DNA of 64,000 bases from Eledone cirrhosa (lineage: Eukaryota). Numbering within the stretch: the first letter of the stretch is position 1; each line of letters opens with the position of its first letter. A model generated the notes under the pieces. It searched no databases. It saw nothing but the letters and a program-made list of their open reading frames with translations, and had not been told where the DNA came from. The translations under genes were made by a program, and so were the position numbers. Below are positions 39,251 to 51,770 of this stretch, piece by piece. Location of the stretch: contig OZ024752.1 in NCBI GenBank assembly GCA_964016885.1, positions 33,480,001-33,544,000 of the forward strand, read 5' to 3'.

Positions 39251-39294
39251 GTATATTTATATGTATATATATATATGTATATTTATATGTATAT

Positions 39295-42200
39295 CATCAT
39301 CATTTTACGTCAGCTTTTCCCTGCTTGCAAAGGTGGGACGGGTCTTATTCAGCACAGCATCTCTCCACTCGTCACGGTCCTTTGTCATCTCCACCGTGAG
39401 CTTCAATGATCTGAGGTCTGTTCTCACCACCTCCGCCCATGTTTTTCGTGGTCTACCTCTGCCACGTCTTCCTTCAACTGGCATTTCCTGGCACTTCTTC
39501 ACCCATCGGTCATCCTCCATGCGCATCACATGTCCATACCACCTCAGTCTCCTCTCCCGTACACTACATTCTATCCCTCTCAGACACAGTTTCTCTCTCA
39601 ACACATTTATGCTGGGTCGTTCACGCACATTTACACTGCACATCCAACGGAGCATGCTTGGCTCATTTCTCTCCAGCCGTCTCATATCCTCTGCAGTTAC
39701 TGCCCATGTCTCACTACCATGCAGCATCGCGCTTCTCACACAGGCATCATACAACCGGCCTTTCGTACGCAGGGAGAAACCCTTTTTCGTCAACAGAGGA
39801 AGCAGCTCCTTAAACTTCTTCCAACCCGTCCTTATTCTAGATACTATGGCCTCGGAACACCCTCCTCCCATGCTAATCTGATCTCTTAGGTACCGGAAGC
39901 TATCCACCACTTCTATAGCGCCCTCCTGCATTTGAAAAATGTACCTTTCAATGCAACTTCTACTGTCTAATTTCCCTGTACATCTACTGCATATATATTT
40001 CTCCCTACCTGTTAGTTTGCCTGCTATCCTGCTACATCTCTTGTGTACCCAGGATCTGCATTTTATAGAATTTATGCCAGTTTCTTTTCTGCATATCGAA
40101 CATGGCCATTTCCCTGAAGGAATCAGGGTTTTGTCCTCTTTTCTACTCATCAACACTTTTGTCTTAGCTAGGTTCACTCTCAGTCCTCTTGCTTCCAACT
40201 GCTGTTTCCATAGCCAGAATTTATTCACCAGCTCCTCTACTGATTCTGCTATAAGAACCAGATCGTCAGCATAGAGAAGTTCCCATGGACAGCCAGTCTT
40301 AAACTCCTCTGTTATGGCTTGGAGGACTATAATGAAAAAGAGCGGGCTGAGGACCGAACCCTGATGTACTCCTACTTGTATCTGGAATTCCTCACTAAAC
40401 TCCATTCCTACCCTGACTTTACTGAGAGTACCTCTGTACAAAGTTTGCACTGTCCTCACAAGCCATTCCTCAACACCTAGCTTCCTTAGGGACCACCAGA
40501 TGACAGATCGGGGTACCCTATCAAAGGCCTTCTCTAGGTCAACAAAGGCTAAGTATAGTGGCTTATTCTTCTCTAAGAACCTCTCTTGCAATTGTCTCAC
40601 CAAGAAGAGGGCATCTGTTGTACTCTTCCCAGGCACAAAACCAAACTGCATCTCATCTAGTTTGACCCTTTCTCTAATTAGTTGTGCTAAAATCCTTTCT
40701 GCCACTTTCATAACCTGATCTATCAGTTTTATACCCCTATAATTGCTCCTCTCCAGAGCATCCCCTTTACCTTTGTAGCAATTTATGAGAATACTGCTGC
40801 ACCAGTCTTTGGGTATGACACCACCATATATAGCCTGATTGATGATGCGTGCAACCAGTTTAGTGCCTACGTCCCCTGATGCCTTCAGCATCTCAGCAAC
40901 TATTCCCGATGGTCCGGCAGCCTTACCATTTTTCATTTCCCTAATCGCCCCTTGGACCCTATATTCGTCAATCTCAATAGTTGGTCCCTCTGTCGGATCT
41001 ACCAAGGGTAATTTCTCCCTCTCCCATTTGTTCTCCACATTCATCAGTCTCTCATAATGACATTTCCAGGCCTCCTTTTTCTGATCATTCGTGACACTAA
41101 GTACACCGGCATCATCCCGAACACATTTATCTCCAACAACATCCTGATTTGCATTGACACACTGCCTTGCAATGTGGAACACCTCACGCCTCTGATCTTC
41201 CCGTTGCAGAACATTGGCAAACCTCCTACTCTCTTTCTCCCTGCGTGCTAAGTACACCTGATGTCTAGCTTCTCTCTTAGTGGCTGTATATTCTTGCCTA
41301 CTCCCACCCTTTTTCCAAGCCTTCCATGCTAGTCTTTTGTCTCTAATGGCCTTATCTACTGTGCTGTTCCACCACCAGGTCACTCTCTGTCTGGTTGGAG
41401 CTCTGCTCCAGCCACAAGTTTCATCAGTAGCCTGCAGCAAGTTGTCACGTACGAAATTCCAGTTATTATCTATGTCATACGTCTCTAAATCGTCTTCTTT
41501 TTCGTCATATACATCTTGAAGGGCTTTCCTAAATTTGTATTTTAGTGAAAGGTCTTTTAGCTTCCAGACCTTTCTTCTCCACACCTTCCTATATGTCTCA
41601 TTCCATCTCTTGCTTACTGAGATATCACTAACAACTAACCTATGCTGTGGGGTACATTCTTCCCCAGGGTATGCCTTGGTATTAGACACTATCTGCCTGT
41701 CCCGCTGCCTAACTAGTAAGAAGTCAATCTGGCTTATGTGCTCACCAGATTTGTAGGTTATGAGGTGATTGGCAGGTTTCTGGAAGTTTGTGTTGCAAAT
41801 AGTCAATGTACCTGCATCACAAAATTCAAGAAGTCTCACTCCTTCTTCATTTCTTGAACCGTAACCGTGCCCACCATGTACCCCAGTGTAACCATCCTGG
41901 AGCTGTCCAACATGACCATTGAAGTCTCCTGCTAGCATAACGATGTCTCTGTCCTCTGTCATTGCGGTTGTTTGTAAAAGTTGCTCATAAAAGCAGTCTT
42001 TCTCATCTTTGCCTAGGCCTGCTTGGGGAGCATAGGCCGAGATGATTGTCAGAAGTCTCCTGCCTACAACTAATCTAAGCTTAATTATTCGATTACTAAC
42101 TCGAACTACCTCTATTGTCTTATTGATCCATTTCTCAGCCAGGAAAATGCCTACTCCCCCTAACCCATCATCCTTACATACCCAGAATAGCTTATAGCTA

Positions 42201-42560
42201 AGACGTTTGCCTACGACTAGTCTCGCAGAGGCACCTCTCCATCTCACCTCTTGCATGCAGCACACATCCACCTGCCTTCTCTCCAGCATCTTCGCTATTT
42301 CAGCAGATCTACCTCTGAGAGTGCCAACATTAAGTGTTGCAACTCTGAGATGCGACATCTTCATATTTTGTTGTTGTTCCTATTTGTTGCTGTGCTGATA
42401 AGCGTTTTGGCATTGATACACTGGTTGGATGCCTTTCCTAACACCAGCGCCACTTTACAGCATGGACTGGGTGCTTTTATTTGTGCCACCAGCACTAGAG
42501 AGGATGTCTTACTAGACTCAAGGGCCCTCTCTACCCCTCCATTTTACAGCATGGTCATTA
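39295..42560 (-). mobile_element. Apparently full-length RTE LINE, family A
   Basis: About 195 bp of 5'UTR, a single ORF, and a stop codon running into an (ATG)n tail. Both flanks are TA/TG microsatellite. Confidence 0.92.
39305..42364 (-). CDS. RTE-clade endonuclease/reverse transcriptase, 1019 aa
   Basis: APE motifs TLNV, MQE, YAP, GDFNGH, IDF, QH. RT motifs [36 protein letters not shown]-terminal RLRWYGHV and RGRPRKTW. Confidence 0.95.
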   Translation of the reverse strand: MKMSHLRVATLNVGTLRGRSAEIAKMLERRQVDVCCMQEVRWRGASARLVVGKRLSYKLFWVCKDDGLGGVGIFLAEKWINKTIEVVRVSNRIIKLRLVVGRRLLTIISAYAPQAGLGKDEKDCFYEQLLQTTAMTEDRDIVMLAGDFNGHVGQLQDGYTGVHGGHGYGSRNEEGVRLLEFCDAGTLTICNTNFQKPANHLITYKSGEHISQIDFLLVRQRDRQIVSNTKAYPGEECTPQHRLVVSDISVSKRWNETYRKVWRRKVWKLKDLSLKYKFRKALQDVYDEKEDDLETYDIDNNWNFVRDNLLQATDETCGWSRAPTRQRVTWWWNSTVDKAIRDKRLAWKAWKKGGSRQEYTATKREARHQVYLARREKESRRFANVLQREDQRREVFHIARQCVNANQDVVGDKCVRDDAGVLSVTNDQKKEAWKCHYERLMNVENKWEREKLPLVDPTEGPTIEIDEYRVQGAIREMKNGKAAGPSGIVAEMLKASGDVGTKLVARIINQAIYGGVIPKDWCSSILINCYKGKGDALERSNYRGIKLIDQVMKVAERILAQLIRERVKLDEMQFGFVPGKSTTDALFLVRQLQERFLEKNKPLYLAFVDLEKAFDRVPRSVIWWSLRKLGVEEWLVRTVQTLYRGTLSKVRVGMEFSEEFQIQVGVHQGSVLSPLFFIIVLQAITEEFKTGCPWELLYADDLVLIAESVEELVNKFWLWKQQLEARGLRVNLAKTKVLMSRKEDKTLIPSGKWPCSICRKETGINSIKCRSWVHKRCSRIAGKLTGREKYICSRCTGKLDSRSCIERYIFQMQEGAIEVVDSFRYLRDQISMGGGCSEAIVSRIRTGWKKFKELLPLLTKKGFSLRTKGRLYDACVRSAMLHGSETWAVTAEDMRRLERNEPSMLRWMCSVNVRERPSINVLREKLCLRGIECSVRERRLRWYGHVMRMEDDRWVKKCQEMPVEGRRGRGRPRKTWAEVVRTDLRSLKLTVEMTKDRDEWRDAVLNKTRPTFASREKLT

Positions 42561-43330
42561 AATATATATATGTATATATATATATGTATATATATATATG
42601 TATATATATATATGTATATATATATGTGTATATATATGTATATGTATATATGTATATGTATATATATATGTGTATATATATATGTGTATATACATATATG
42701 TATATATATATATGTGTATATACATATATGTATATATATATATGTATATGTGTATACGTATATGTATATATATCTGTATATATATATATATGTATATGTG
42801 TATACGTATATGTATATATATCTGTATATATATATATGTATATGTGTATACGTATATGTATATATTTCTATGTGTATATGTATATACATATATGTATATA
42901 TATGTATATGTGTATACGTATATGTATATATATCTGTGTATATGTATATATATCTGTGTATATGTATATATATGTATATGTGTATACGTATATGTATATA
43001 TATCTGTGTATATGTATATATATCTATGTGTATATGTATATATATCTATGTGTATATGTATATATATATATGTGTATGTGTATATGTATATATATATATG
43101 TGTATATGTATATATATATATATATGTGTGTATATGTATATATATATATATGTATATGTATATATATATATGTGTATATATATGTATATATATATGTATA
43201 TATATATGTATATATATATATATATGTATATGTATATATATATATGTGTATATGTATATATATATATGTGTATATGTATATGTGTATATATATGTGTATA
43301 TATATATATGTATTTAATATATATATATAA
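42561..43330. repeat. (TA)/(TG) compound microsatellite
   Basis: Direct reading. Confidence 0.95.
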
Positions 43331-43405
43331 TTATTATTTATTATGGTTAAGTGATGAGTTGATACTCTGGAGTTTCACATATGTAGTCACAGGATCACCA
43401 AAGAA

Positions 43406-43443
<38 letters not shown>

Positions 43444-43488
43444 ATATGTATGGTATCTGGTATTTAATTTCATTACAGCAACGATTTG

Positions 43489-43528
<40 letters not shown>

Positions 43529-43974
43529 TCATCATTGTCATCATCACCGTTTAATGTCCATTTTTTCCCTTTGTGAGACAAGCCAGGTTAGATAACCATA
43601 TCTTGCTCATACAGAACTGGTTTTGGCTTGGTTTCTATGCCTGGATGCCCTTCCTAACACCAACCACATTTACAGTGTGTGGCGGGTGCTTTTTGTGTTG
43701 ACATCTACATATATATAAAGCATCTGGAACTATACTGATCCCCAGAAAGACAGTTGATGAGCAGTCTCTGTTTCCTAAATTTGTCCCTGTTTTTTAACTA
43801 CATACACATATATATATCCTCTGTGTTTTTAGTAGAATTGAGGCAATTTATGCAACAAGTAATGTAACTAACTCCAAATCAAGCCACTTGATGCTCTGTA
43901 ATCATTATAAAGTAAATAACTGGATAATAAATCTTGTGTTTCTGCCATATTAAACTGGACTGGTCCTATTTAAT

Positions 43975-44340
43975 AATTGTTTCTACTTTAGGCACAAGGC
44001 CAGCAATTACCCAGTGTATTACTGGTACTTTATTTTATCGACCCCGTAAGGATGAAAGACAAAGTCAACCTCGGCGGGATTTGAACTCAGATCGTAAAGG
44101 GACGTAACTATGCTGGAAAGCATGGCGTCCGACCCTCTACTGATACTGCCAATCCACCGTTCAATGGTCCTATTTAATAATGGTTTCTGATTAAGGCACA
44201 AGGCCAATAATTTTTGGAGGAGGGAGAAGTCAATTAAATCAACCCCAGTTCGTTACTGGTACTTTGTTTTATTGACCCTGTAAGAATGAAAGGCAAAGTT
44301 CACCATGGCAGGGTTTGAACTATGAATGTAAAGGGTTGTG
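43975..44340 (-). mobile_element. Young SINE (43975-44164) inserted at the tail of an older SINE (44178-44340)
   Basis: 17-bp TSD tggtcctatttaataat at 43961 and 44165. Confidence 0.92.
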
Positions 44341-45164
44341 TTTAATAATGCATTAGAAAAAAAAAAGAGCTGTTAAAGAGCACATTCAGGTTTTTGGGTG
44401 TTCTTAGCAGAATTCACTCTTTTGCCAGTATTTAGACCATAGAACTTGTCTCTGGAAAGCACACTCCTGGACCATAGAGCTTGTCTGAGGAACGCACACC
44501 CTTGGACCATAGAGCCTGTCTGAGGAAAACACGCTCCTGATGTTTCTTTTCTCTACACTGCTCTATCAGTAACAGTCTTGATTATCGGACGATAATAGTG
44601 AGAAAAAAAGTCTTTTTTTTTTTTAAGACTTAATTACTATCAGGTAGTTTAAGGTGCCAAACCTGAGAGTAAGGCCTTTAGGGTCTTCACTCTCAATTGA
44701 TACATAATCCTGCATTGTGTTCTTTCTCTGTTTCTGATTGATGTCTCTCTTCAGAAAGCACAGAATTACAGAAAGCCAACCTGAAGCCACTCAGTTTTAA
44801 TCAAGCTACTTGGTTTCCTTCTCTTCTCACAAAACAAATGCCAACCAAATTCATGATATTGAGAATACAAAAAAGCAATAAATTTAGTGGTGGAGGCTTC
44901 TTCTTTTCTTATTTCAACATAGTCCCTCTTCAACAATGGCCCTCAAAAGTTCAAAGTATGTTAATTTTAATCAACTTTCTTCATTTGCAGAGCATTTGGG
45001 AAAGCTCTGAATTCTATTGTTCCTCTCCAGAATAAATAATAATTATTTCTACTTTTGGCACAAGGCCAGCAATTTGAAGGGAAGGGGAAAGTCGATTAAA
45101 TTGACTCCAGTGCATTACTGGTATTTTATTTTCAGGTTGAAAGGCAAAGTTTCAGAATAAATTA

Positions 45165-45450
45165 TAAAATTGAGAGATCACAGCTCTGATAGTATGGGCA
45201 TGTGGTTAGAATGTCTCAGGAAAGAATCACTGAACAGATTATTACGTGCGCAACCAACAGGGAGGAGACCCAAGGGTAGACCCCGAGCAAGATGGTTGGA
45301 TAACATCCATGGGTTTGACTGGTCTCGCTTGGAGATCCAGCCGGATCAGTTGGAGACGGTTGCTTCTGACAGAAGCCGCTGGGTGGAGTGTTTCAGGACT
45401 CTTCCCCCATGACCTTCTCAGGAATAAGTGGGCGAAGAAGAAGAAGAAAA
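45165..45450 (+). mobile_element. RTE-like family C 3' fragment
   Basis: RLLRAQPTGRRPKGRPRARWLDNI..DRSRW, with a (GAA)n tail. Confidence 0.82.
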
Positions 45451-45719
45451 TCTAATCTAATCAAATTTGTAGAAACACAAGCAGACTGCCTTTCACTTTT
45501 GAATCAATGCAGCTAATGTTCCATTGAGATGAATGAAATAAAGATCAATAATTCACTTTGATCAGTATGTTTGACTGAAATAGAGTAACCAATGATATTG
45601 CTCTCCTTTATCTTATTAATCTATATGCCACTGTTGACAACTTATTAAAAATAGTCTATGCTGTAAATGTGGTTGGCTTTAGGAAGGGCATCCACATATC
45701 TACAACCTAGTCAGAACAT

Positions 45720-46310
45720 ATGTGGTTGACTAAATCTTTTGGTTGGCTTAACACCACCACCCAGTTATTGGGTGCCTCCACACATCTATGACCTGTTGGT
45801 TGGCTTAACACCACCACCCAGTTATTGGGTGCCTCCACACATCTATGACCTGTTGGTTGGTTTAACACCACCACCCAGTTATTGGGTGCCTCCACACATC
45901 TATGACCTGTTGGTTGATTAAATCTGTTGGTTGGCTTAACACCACCACCCAGTTATTGGGTGCCTCCACACATCTATGACCTGTTGGTTGATTAAATCTG
46001 TTGGTTGGCTTAACACCACCACCCAGTTATTGGGTGCCTCCACACATCTATGACCTGTTGGTTGACTAAATCTGTTGGTTGGCTTAACACCACCACCCAG
46101 TTATTGGGTGCCTCCACACATCTATGACCTGTTGGTTGGCTTAACACCACCACCCAGTTATTGGGTGCCTCCACACATCTATGACCTGTTGGTTGACTAA
46201 ATCTGTTGGTTGGCTTAACACCACCACCCAGTTATTGGGTGCCTCCACACATCTATGACCTGTTGGTTGACTAAATCTGTTGGTTGGTTTAACACCATCA
46301 TCTAGCTTTG
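45720..46310. repeat. Tandem repeat with 57-bp and 74-bp unit variants (about 9 copies)
   Basis: gttggttggcttaacaccaccacccagttattgggtgcctccacacatctatgacct, with or without gttggttgactaaatct. Confidence 0.95.
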
Positions 46311-46651
46311 GGTTACCTCCACATATTTACAACTTTGTCAGAATATAACTCTGTTGGCTGGTTTAATAGCACTACCTAGTTTTTGGGTACCTTTAGCTGT
46401 GTGTTCCCTATTTTCAAGCATATCAACCAATTTTCTGATCTGAAAATAATACAAAAGTCATTGTTTGTTCTATGCATGCCCCCCCCCCCCCATCCCCTCC
46501 ATTAAACTTGGAGGGTTTTCAAAAGTTTATGGGTGTGGCCCTTCCTCGTCTAACTATAAATCATCACAACAAAGTACACTCCTAAAGGCTAGGCTTGATA
46601 TTCTGAGTTAAACAATAGTTAATCTCTGAATAGCTGCTAACTCTTTATCAT

Positions 46652-47145
46652 GTACAAGTGCAATACATATTAGAGTAATAGTGACATATCTAGAACTTCA
46701 CAGCTGCTACATTACATATATTCTCAACCACATTCAATGAAAATATAATTAATAGTTAGTTAACCCTTGAGTCAACAATGCACAATAACCACTATCTTAG
46801 AGATTTTATAAGGTACAAGATTTTATAAAGTACTAGTGCAATACATATTAGAGTAATAGTCACAAAACTGAAACTTCACAGCTGCTACATACATACATAC
46901 ATAAATTCTTTACTACATTTAATGAAATATAATTGATAGTTAACCCTTGACTCATTCATGCACAACTGCCATTATCCTAGAGATTTTATAAGGTACAAAT
47001 ACAATACATATTAGAGTAATAGTCACATAGCTGAAATTTCACAGCTGCTACATACTTACATTCTCAACTACATTTAATGAAAATCTAATTACTAGTTAGT
47101 TAACCCTTGATTCAACAATGCACAACAACCACTATCCCAGAGGTT
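46652..47145. repeat. Diverged tandem triplication (about 160-180 bp)
   Basis: caatacatattagagtaatagt..ttcacagctgctacat..gttaacccttga occurs three times. Confidence 0.9.
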
Positions 47146-47847
47146 TAATATTTTCTTGTCTCTTCTAATATTACTACAATACTTCTTGATTTTCTCTGAA
47201 TCAACAAATCCCAACCTACTTTAAGCACTCACTTCTTGTCCTCACTTCTTCTGAAACTACATATTACACACTTTGTATAAAAAAGTACCATATGGCCAGT
47301 ATTTTTGGGAAAAGGCCAGTCAGTTTAATCAATCCAGTGTTTGATATGTACGAATTTCAACAATCCTGGAAAGGTGAATGAAAAGCAAAGTCATCCATGA
47401 CATGATTTTAGCTCAAGGCCTAAGAAAATATTATAGCTTTCTACTGATTCTGCATTTTTAATAATGAAACTGCATGAAACCTGGCTAGAAGTTCTGTTTA
47501 TATTGATAAAAGACATATCTCATTGTATGTTAAAAGCTCTCTCTCACTCTGCATGATATATATTTTACAAATGTGTTTATATTGACAAATGACAGACCTC
47601 ATTGTATGTTAAAAGTTCTCCCTAGCTCAGCATGACATTTATTTTACAAATATAAATGATGCAAATAAACTACATAATTGAAAGATTAGTTATGAAGATG
47701 GAAGTGAAATGAAATTAGTTAGATTCCTTGCTTGCATATGTAGGTGATGAATTAAAGGTAGAACATATTTGAAAGTATTATGGAGAGTACTGAATATAGC
47801 ATGTTAGTTGAGAAATGTTGGATGATGCAAACTTTGGACTGAATTAA

Positions 47848-48052
47848 CCCTTTAGCATTTAAACTGGCCATATCTGGCCAGAATTCTCTTGCCTTTTTAT
47901 GTTCAAACTGGCTGTAACTGGCCACTCACACCGATGTTAAGGTATTGTTCTCAAAATAAATAATATCAAAGGTTCATAGATTCGATATTATATTTGATAA
48001 TTATGTGAGGTAAAGCCTTTACTGTGAAAATACAATAGTAAATGCTAAAGGG
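47848..48052. mobile_element. piggyBac-type MITE
   Basis: TTAA-ccctttagcattta .. taaatgctaaaggg-TTTA. Confidence 0.8.
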
Positions 48053-49108
48053 TTTAGAAAGGAGATACCCAAGAAGGATGTGGTTATTTAAAAACACTCC
48101 AAATAAGGTGTTTTTTTTAGTAAAATGATAATGATTTTTGATAGTAAGACATGCCTCACTTTTAAAGGAGTGTATATTTGCAAATCCCAAGTATGTTATT
48201 AATTTTTAAACATTTAATTTCAAGGCTAGCTCTTTTTGAACTAGCTCTTTTTTTTTTTTTTTTCCTTTTCAATTAGAAAAATATCAGTAAGTTATTTTAA
48301 TGTTTTCATATTTTATGACATTGTAGGACGACAATTTTTTTTTATATTTCAACTCGGTTTAACCTGTTGTGAAATGAAACTTTTCAATGTTAGTAAACAT
48401 GTTTGAAGTTTCATAGCATACATTAATTATTATTTGCTGGTATAGTGTCTAGATTGACCACGACTATGCTCATGGCTATTCACTGTAGATTATTTCAGTT
48501 TTTAAGGGATTGATGATATGTTTTTACTGACGATCATGTTTCAGTAGAGTCAGTTGCAGTTTATGCAGGTTTTTGTGTGCATAGGACTGGCATTGCTTGG
48601 GCTAAAGAAGGAACATGAAATTTCTGGAATGGACATTGCATCATCATTTTCATGGAAATTATCAAGACGCAATCACACCATTTTTGTTGGAAGAAATTCA
48701 TCAGTTATTTTTGAGATGTCTAACATAGATTTTTTTTTTCTTTTTGGATGTCAGCCATGCAGCAACTCATTAGTGGACGATATGAACACTCACACACACA
48801 CACACACACACACACATGTATGAATGTATATAATCACAGTGTTGGACCTATAATCAGAAGGTCATAGGTTCAATTCTTGGACCAGGCAGTGTATTGTGTT
48901 CTTGAACAAGACACTTTATTTCATGTTGCCTTTTATATGACTGAGGCCTCTATCATTAAAATCTCCAAGATACCTTCCCTGAAGTGCAACCTCCTGAGAG
49001 ACCAGCTAAATCTCCATAGGAATGAGCTGTAAATTTCATTTTCATTTCATTTCATATATAAACATGGCCACTGCATTATTGTGACCTAAGCACCACAGAC
49101 CGTTACAT

Positions 49109-49480
49109 TCTTCTTCTCTTCCTTCTGGGGACAGAGTCCTCAAACACTCCTTCCAGTGGGTCCTGTCAGAAGCAACTGTTTCCAATTGATCTGACTGGAT
49201 CCCTAAATTGTTTCTACTTTAGGCACAAGGCCAGCAATTACCCAGTGCGTTACTGGTACTTTATTTTATCGACCCCGTAAGGATGAAAGGCAAAGTCAAC
49301 CTCGGCGGGATTTGAACTCAGATCGTAAAGGGACGTAACTATGCTGGAAAGCATGGCGTCCGACCCTCTACCGATACTGCCAATCCACCGCCTGATCCCT
49401 AAATGAGACCAGCCAAGCTCTTGGGTGTTTTCCAAACCATCTTGCTCAGTCTACCCCTTGGTCTCGTTGCCCATAAAATC
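49109..49480 (-). mobile_element. RTE-like family C fragment interrupted by a full-length SINE (49207-49393)
   Basis: 11-bp TSD gatccctaaat at 49198 and 49394. Family C sequence resumes after it. Confidence 0.9.
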
Positions 49481-49706
49481 TGACTAGCAATAGGGAAGAA
49501 TTAGACGCAGTTTCCTATGCTTCATGTTCTGATTTCTGGTGCCAACACCTTACTGCCCGATAAATGTTACATTAAATGGTATCTTGCCAAGCTCTCAATT
49601 AACAAAATATTTAGTGTGGCATTGGTTTTATAATGACCATGTTATTGCCTAAACCTGATACTGATACCATAAACCCACACCATATTACTAAGGCATCATA
49701 AATTAA

Positions 49707-49916
49707 CCCTTTAACATTTACATTACTCTATATATACTATTATATTTTCATGGTAAAGGCTTTATCACACATAATTATCTCACATAATATTGAATCTATG
49801 AGATTTGATATTATTTATTTTGAGAACAATATCTTGACATCAGTATTAGCAGATGGTTACAACAGAAAGAGGTGAGAGAATTCTGGCCGGATATGGCTGG
49901 TTTAAATGCTAAAGGG
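49707..49916. mobile_element. piggyBac-type MITE, inverted relative to the 47848 copy
   Basis: TTAA-ccctttaacattta .. taaatgctaaaggg-TTAA. The interior is a reverse-complement homologue. Confidence 0.85.
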
Positions 49917-50371
49917 TTAAACATTTAATTTTAGGTAAATTTTTTGTTGTGGAGGCAGCAGGTGTTGATAATTATATTAAACCATATGGACGAAAATACG
50001 GAAAATTTTGGATCATCCCTTATTACATAATGGACGATGTATGTATTTAAGTAGACTTCCATATGGCTGTTATTTTTGGAAATAATAAAATGGTTTGGGG
50101 GTGATAATTTAACTGTTAAATGTTATTTACAACATAATAGTAACCTGATGACAGCATTCTGTTTGTGTGTGAAGGAGGTTTTTTGGTGTAACTTAAAAAA
50201 AGGCTTCTTAAGCATTAGTTGCGGTAATTACTACGTGAATAAATTTAGAGCAAACTCTGTAATTTGAACTCGTTACAGTTTGAGGGGTATTTCCTTTGGA
50301 AGCAATTTGGAATTAGATATATAAATGTATATATATAATATATGTATATATATAATATATGTATATATATA

Positions 50372-50405
<34 letters not shown>

Positions 50406-50406
50406 G

Positions 50407-50448
<42 letters not shown>

Positions 50449-51429
50449 CATTTTTTTATAATATCGGTGTAATCTATTTATGGTAGCTTTTAATTTCATC
50501 TGATGGTACATTATTGGTAGTAATAGGAGAAATGATGATGGCATACTAGGAAACTGACTACTGTTTTTACAGTCATGCTCTCATGTCTGCAACATATTGT
50601 TTCTTTGTCAACTATGAAATAGGACAAAATTGTAAAATTTGCTGAATTTTTGACGAAAGGGAACAAAATACAAATCAATGTTTATAATTGTTAGAAATGA
50701 ATACAAACTATTTAAGCATCCCGTAATTTTTCTTCTGGCTCAGCTTAGAATCAACAAGCTCAACAACTATATAGCTGTCTTTTTTTTTTTTCCTGCTGGT
50801 TGAAATCAAAAGAACACATACTCGCACAGTGTACAATCTTTTTGCTCTCTCTCTCTCTCTTTCTCTCGCTCGCCACTCACTTCTCTCTCTAAAAATGACT
50901 GAAATTATGTTGCCATATTGTACAAATTTTGCTTCAGTCCTGACTGCAGTTGAGGTTTGAAATATCTAATCTTAAGTAAATTTTCGAGATATTCTGATAA
51001 AGAGAATAACAAATTCTGTTCATTGTTCTCCTCGTTAGTTTTGATGACTCAGCCCTGCCTTAAGGTGCATTTTGACTGTTCGGTTTTGTTAAGCAATTTT
51101 TAGCTAATGGCGAAGGTGGTTTAAATATTTAGTATTTTATATATTTAAATCCAAACAACGAATGACTCACATATTATTTAATATTAGATTCAAGGATAAC
51201 AATTTTGTTTTCCAAACCCTTTAAGCTATTTTGGTTTGTTATAGTCAGCTCATATTGTTTGAAAGTAACAACATAGCTTGAAATTGTTAAAACCAGAAAC
51301 AGTAAAATATGCAAATAATTCTAAACTTTACAGTGTAGTTATTTTATTTTCTTGTTTTATTTCTATTCTAATAACGTTTTTGCAGTTACTGCCCATTAAA
51401 ACTTTTCGTATCCAAAGCAGGTAGTCAAA

Positions 51430-51770
51430 GCTGATTAATCTGGGGCCTTCTCAATCCTATTGGAAGAACCCTTTCCTGCTTGACCTCCACAGCTTACTGT
51501 TTGGTTTTGGTCATGTCATCAGGGGTGTAGCCGTACTCACCATGCTTGGCCAATTGCAGGTTGGTTAGGCTATTTAACCCATAGTTGGGGTGGATGGCAG
51601 TTAATTCTGAGGAGTTCCTCCACCCCTTTTTGCAGCTCTTGTATTTTGTGCTGCTGGGGTTCCACTTACCCTTCTCCAAGATCTGGTGGGGGAGCTGGTT
51701 TAATCGCTGACCACTCAACCATGAAGCAGGTTGTACTGGGTTACATGGTACCTGTAGTAGACAGAAGAAC
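51430..51770 (-). repeat. Unclassified dispersed repeat (possibly LINE UTR-derived)
   Basis: 51449-51559 is homologous to window positions 1-100. The extension to about 51770 is inferred only from higher GC than the flanks. Confidence 0.55.

Noticed and set aside
39240-42398. Plus-strand ORFs overlapping LINE A (and minus-strand ORFs over LINE B)
   Set aside because: These are antisense shadows of the RT ORF.
42365-42560. HDV-like ribozyme expected in some RTE 5'UTRs
   Set aside because: I could not build the nested double pseudoknot by eye. The 5' end may be truncated, and a descriptor search would be needed.
48554-48823. 89-aa ORF in unique sequence
   Set aside because: It has a non-ATG start and no recognisable domain, and it ends in a (CA)n repeat.
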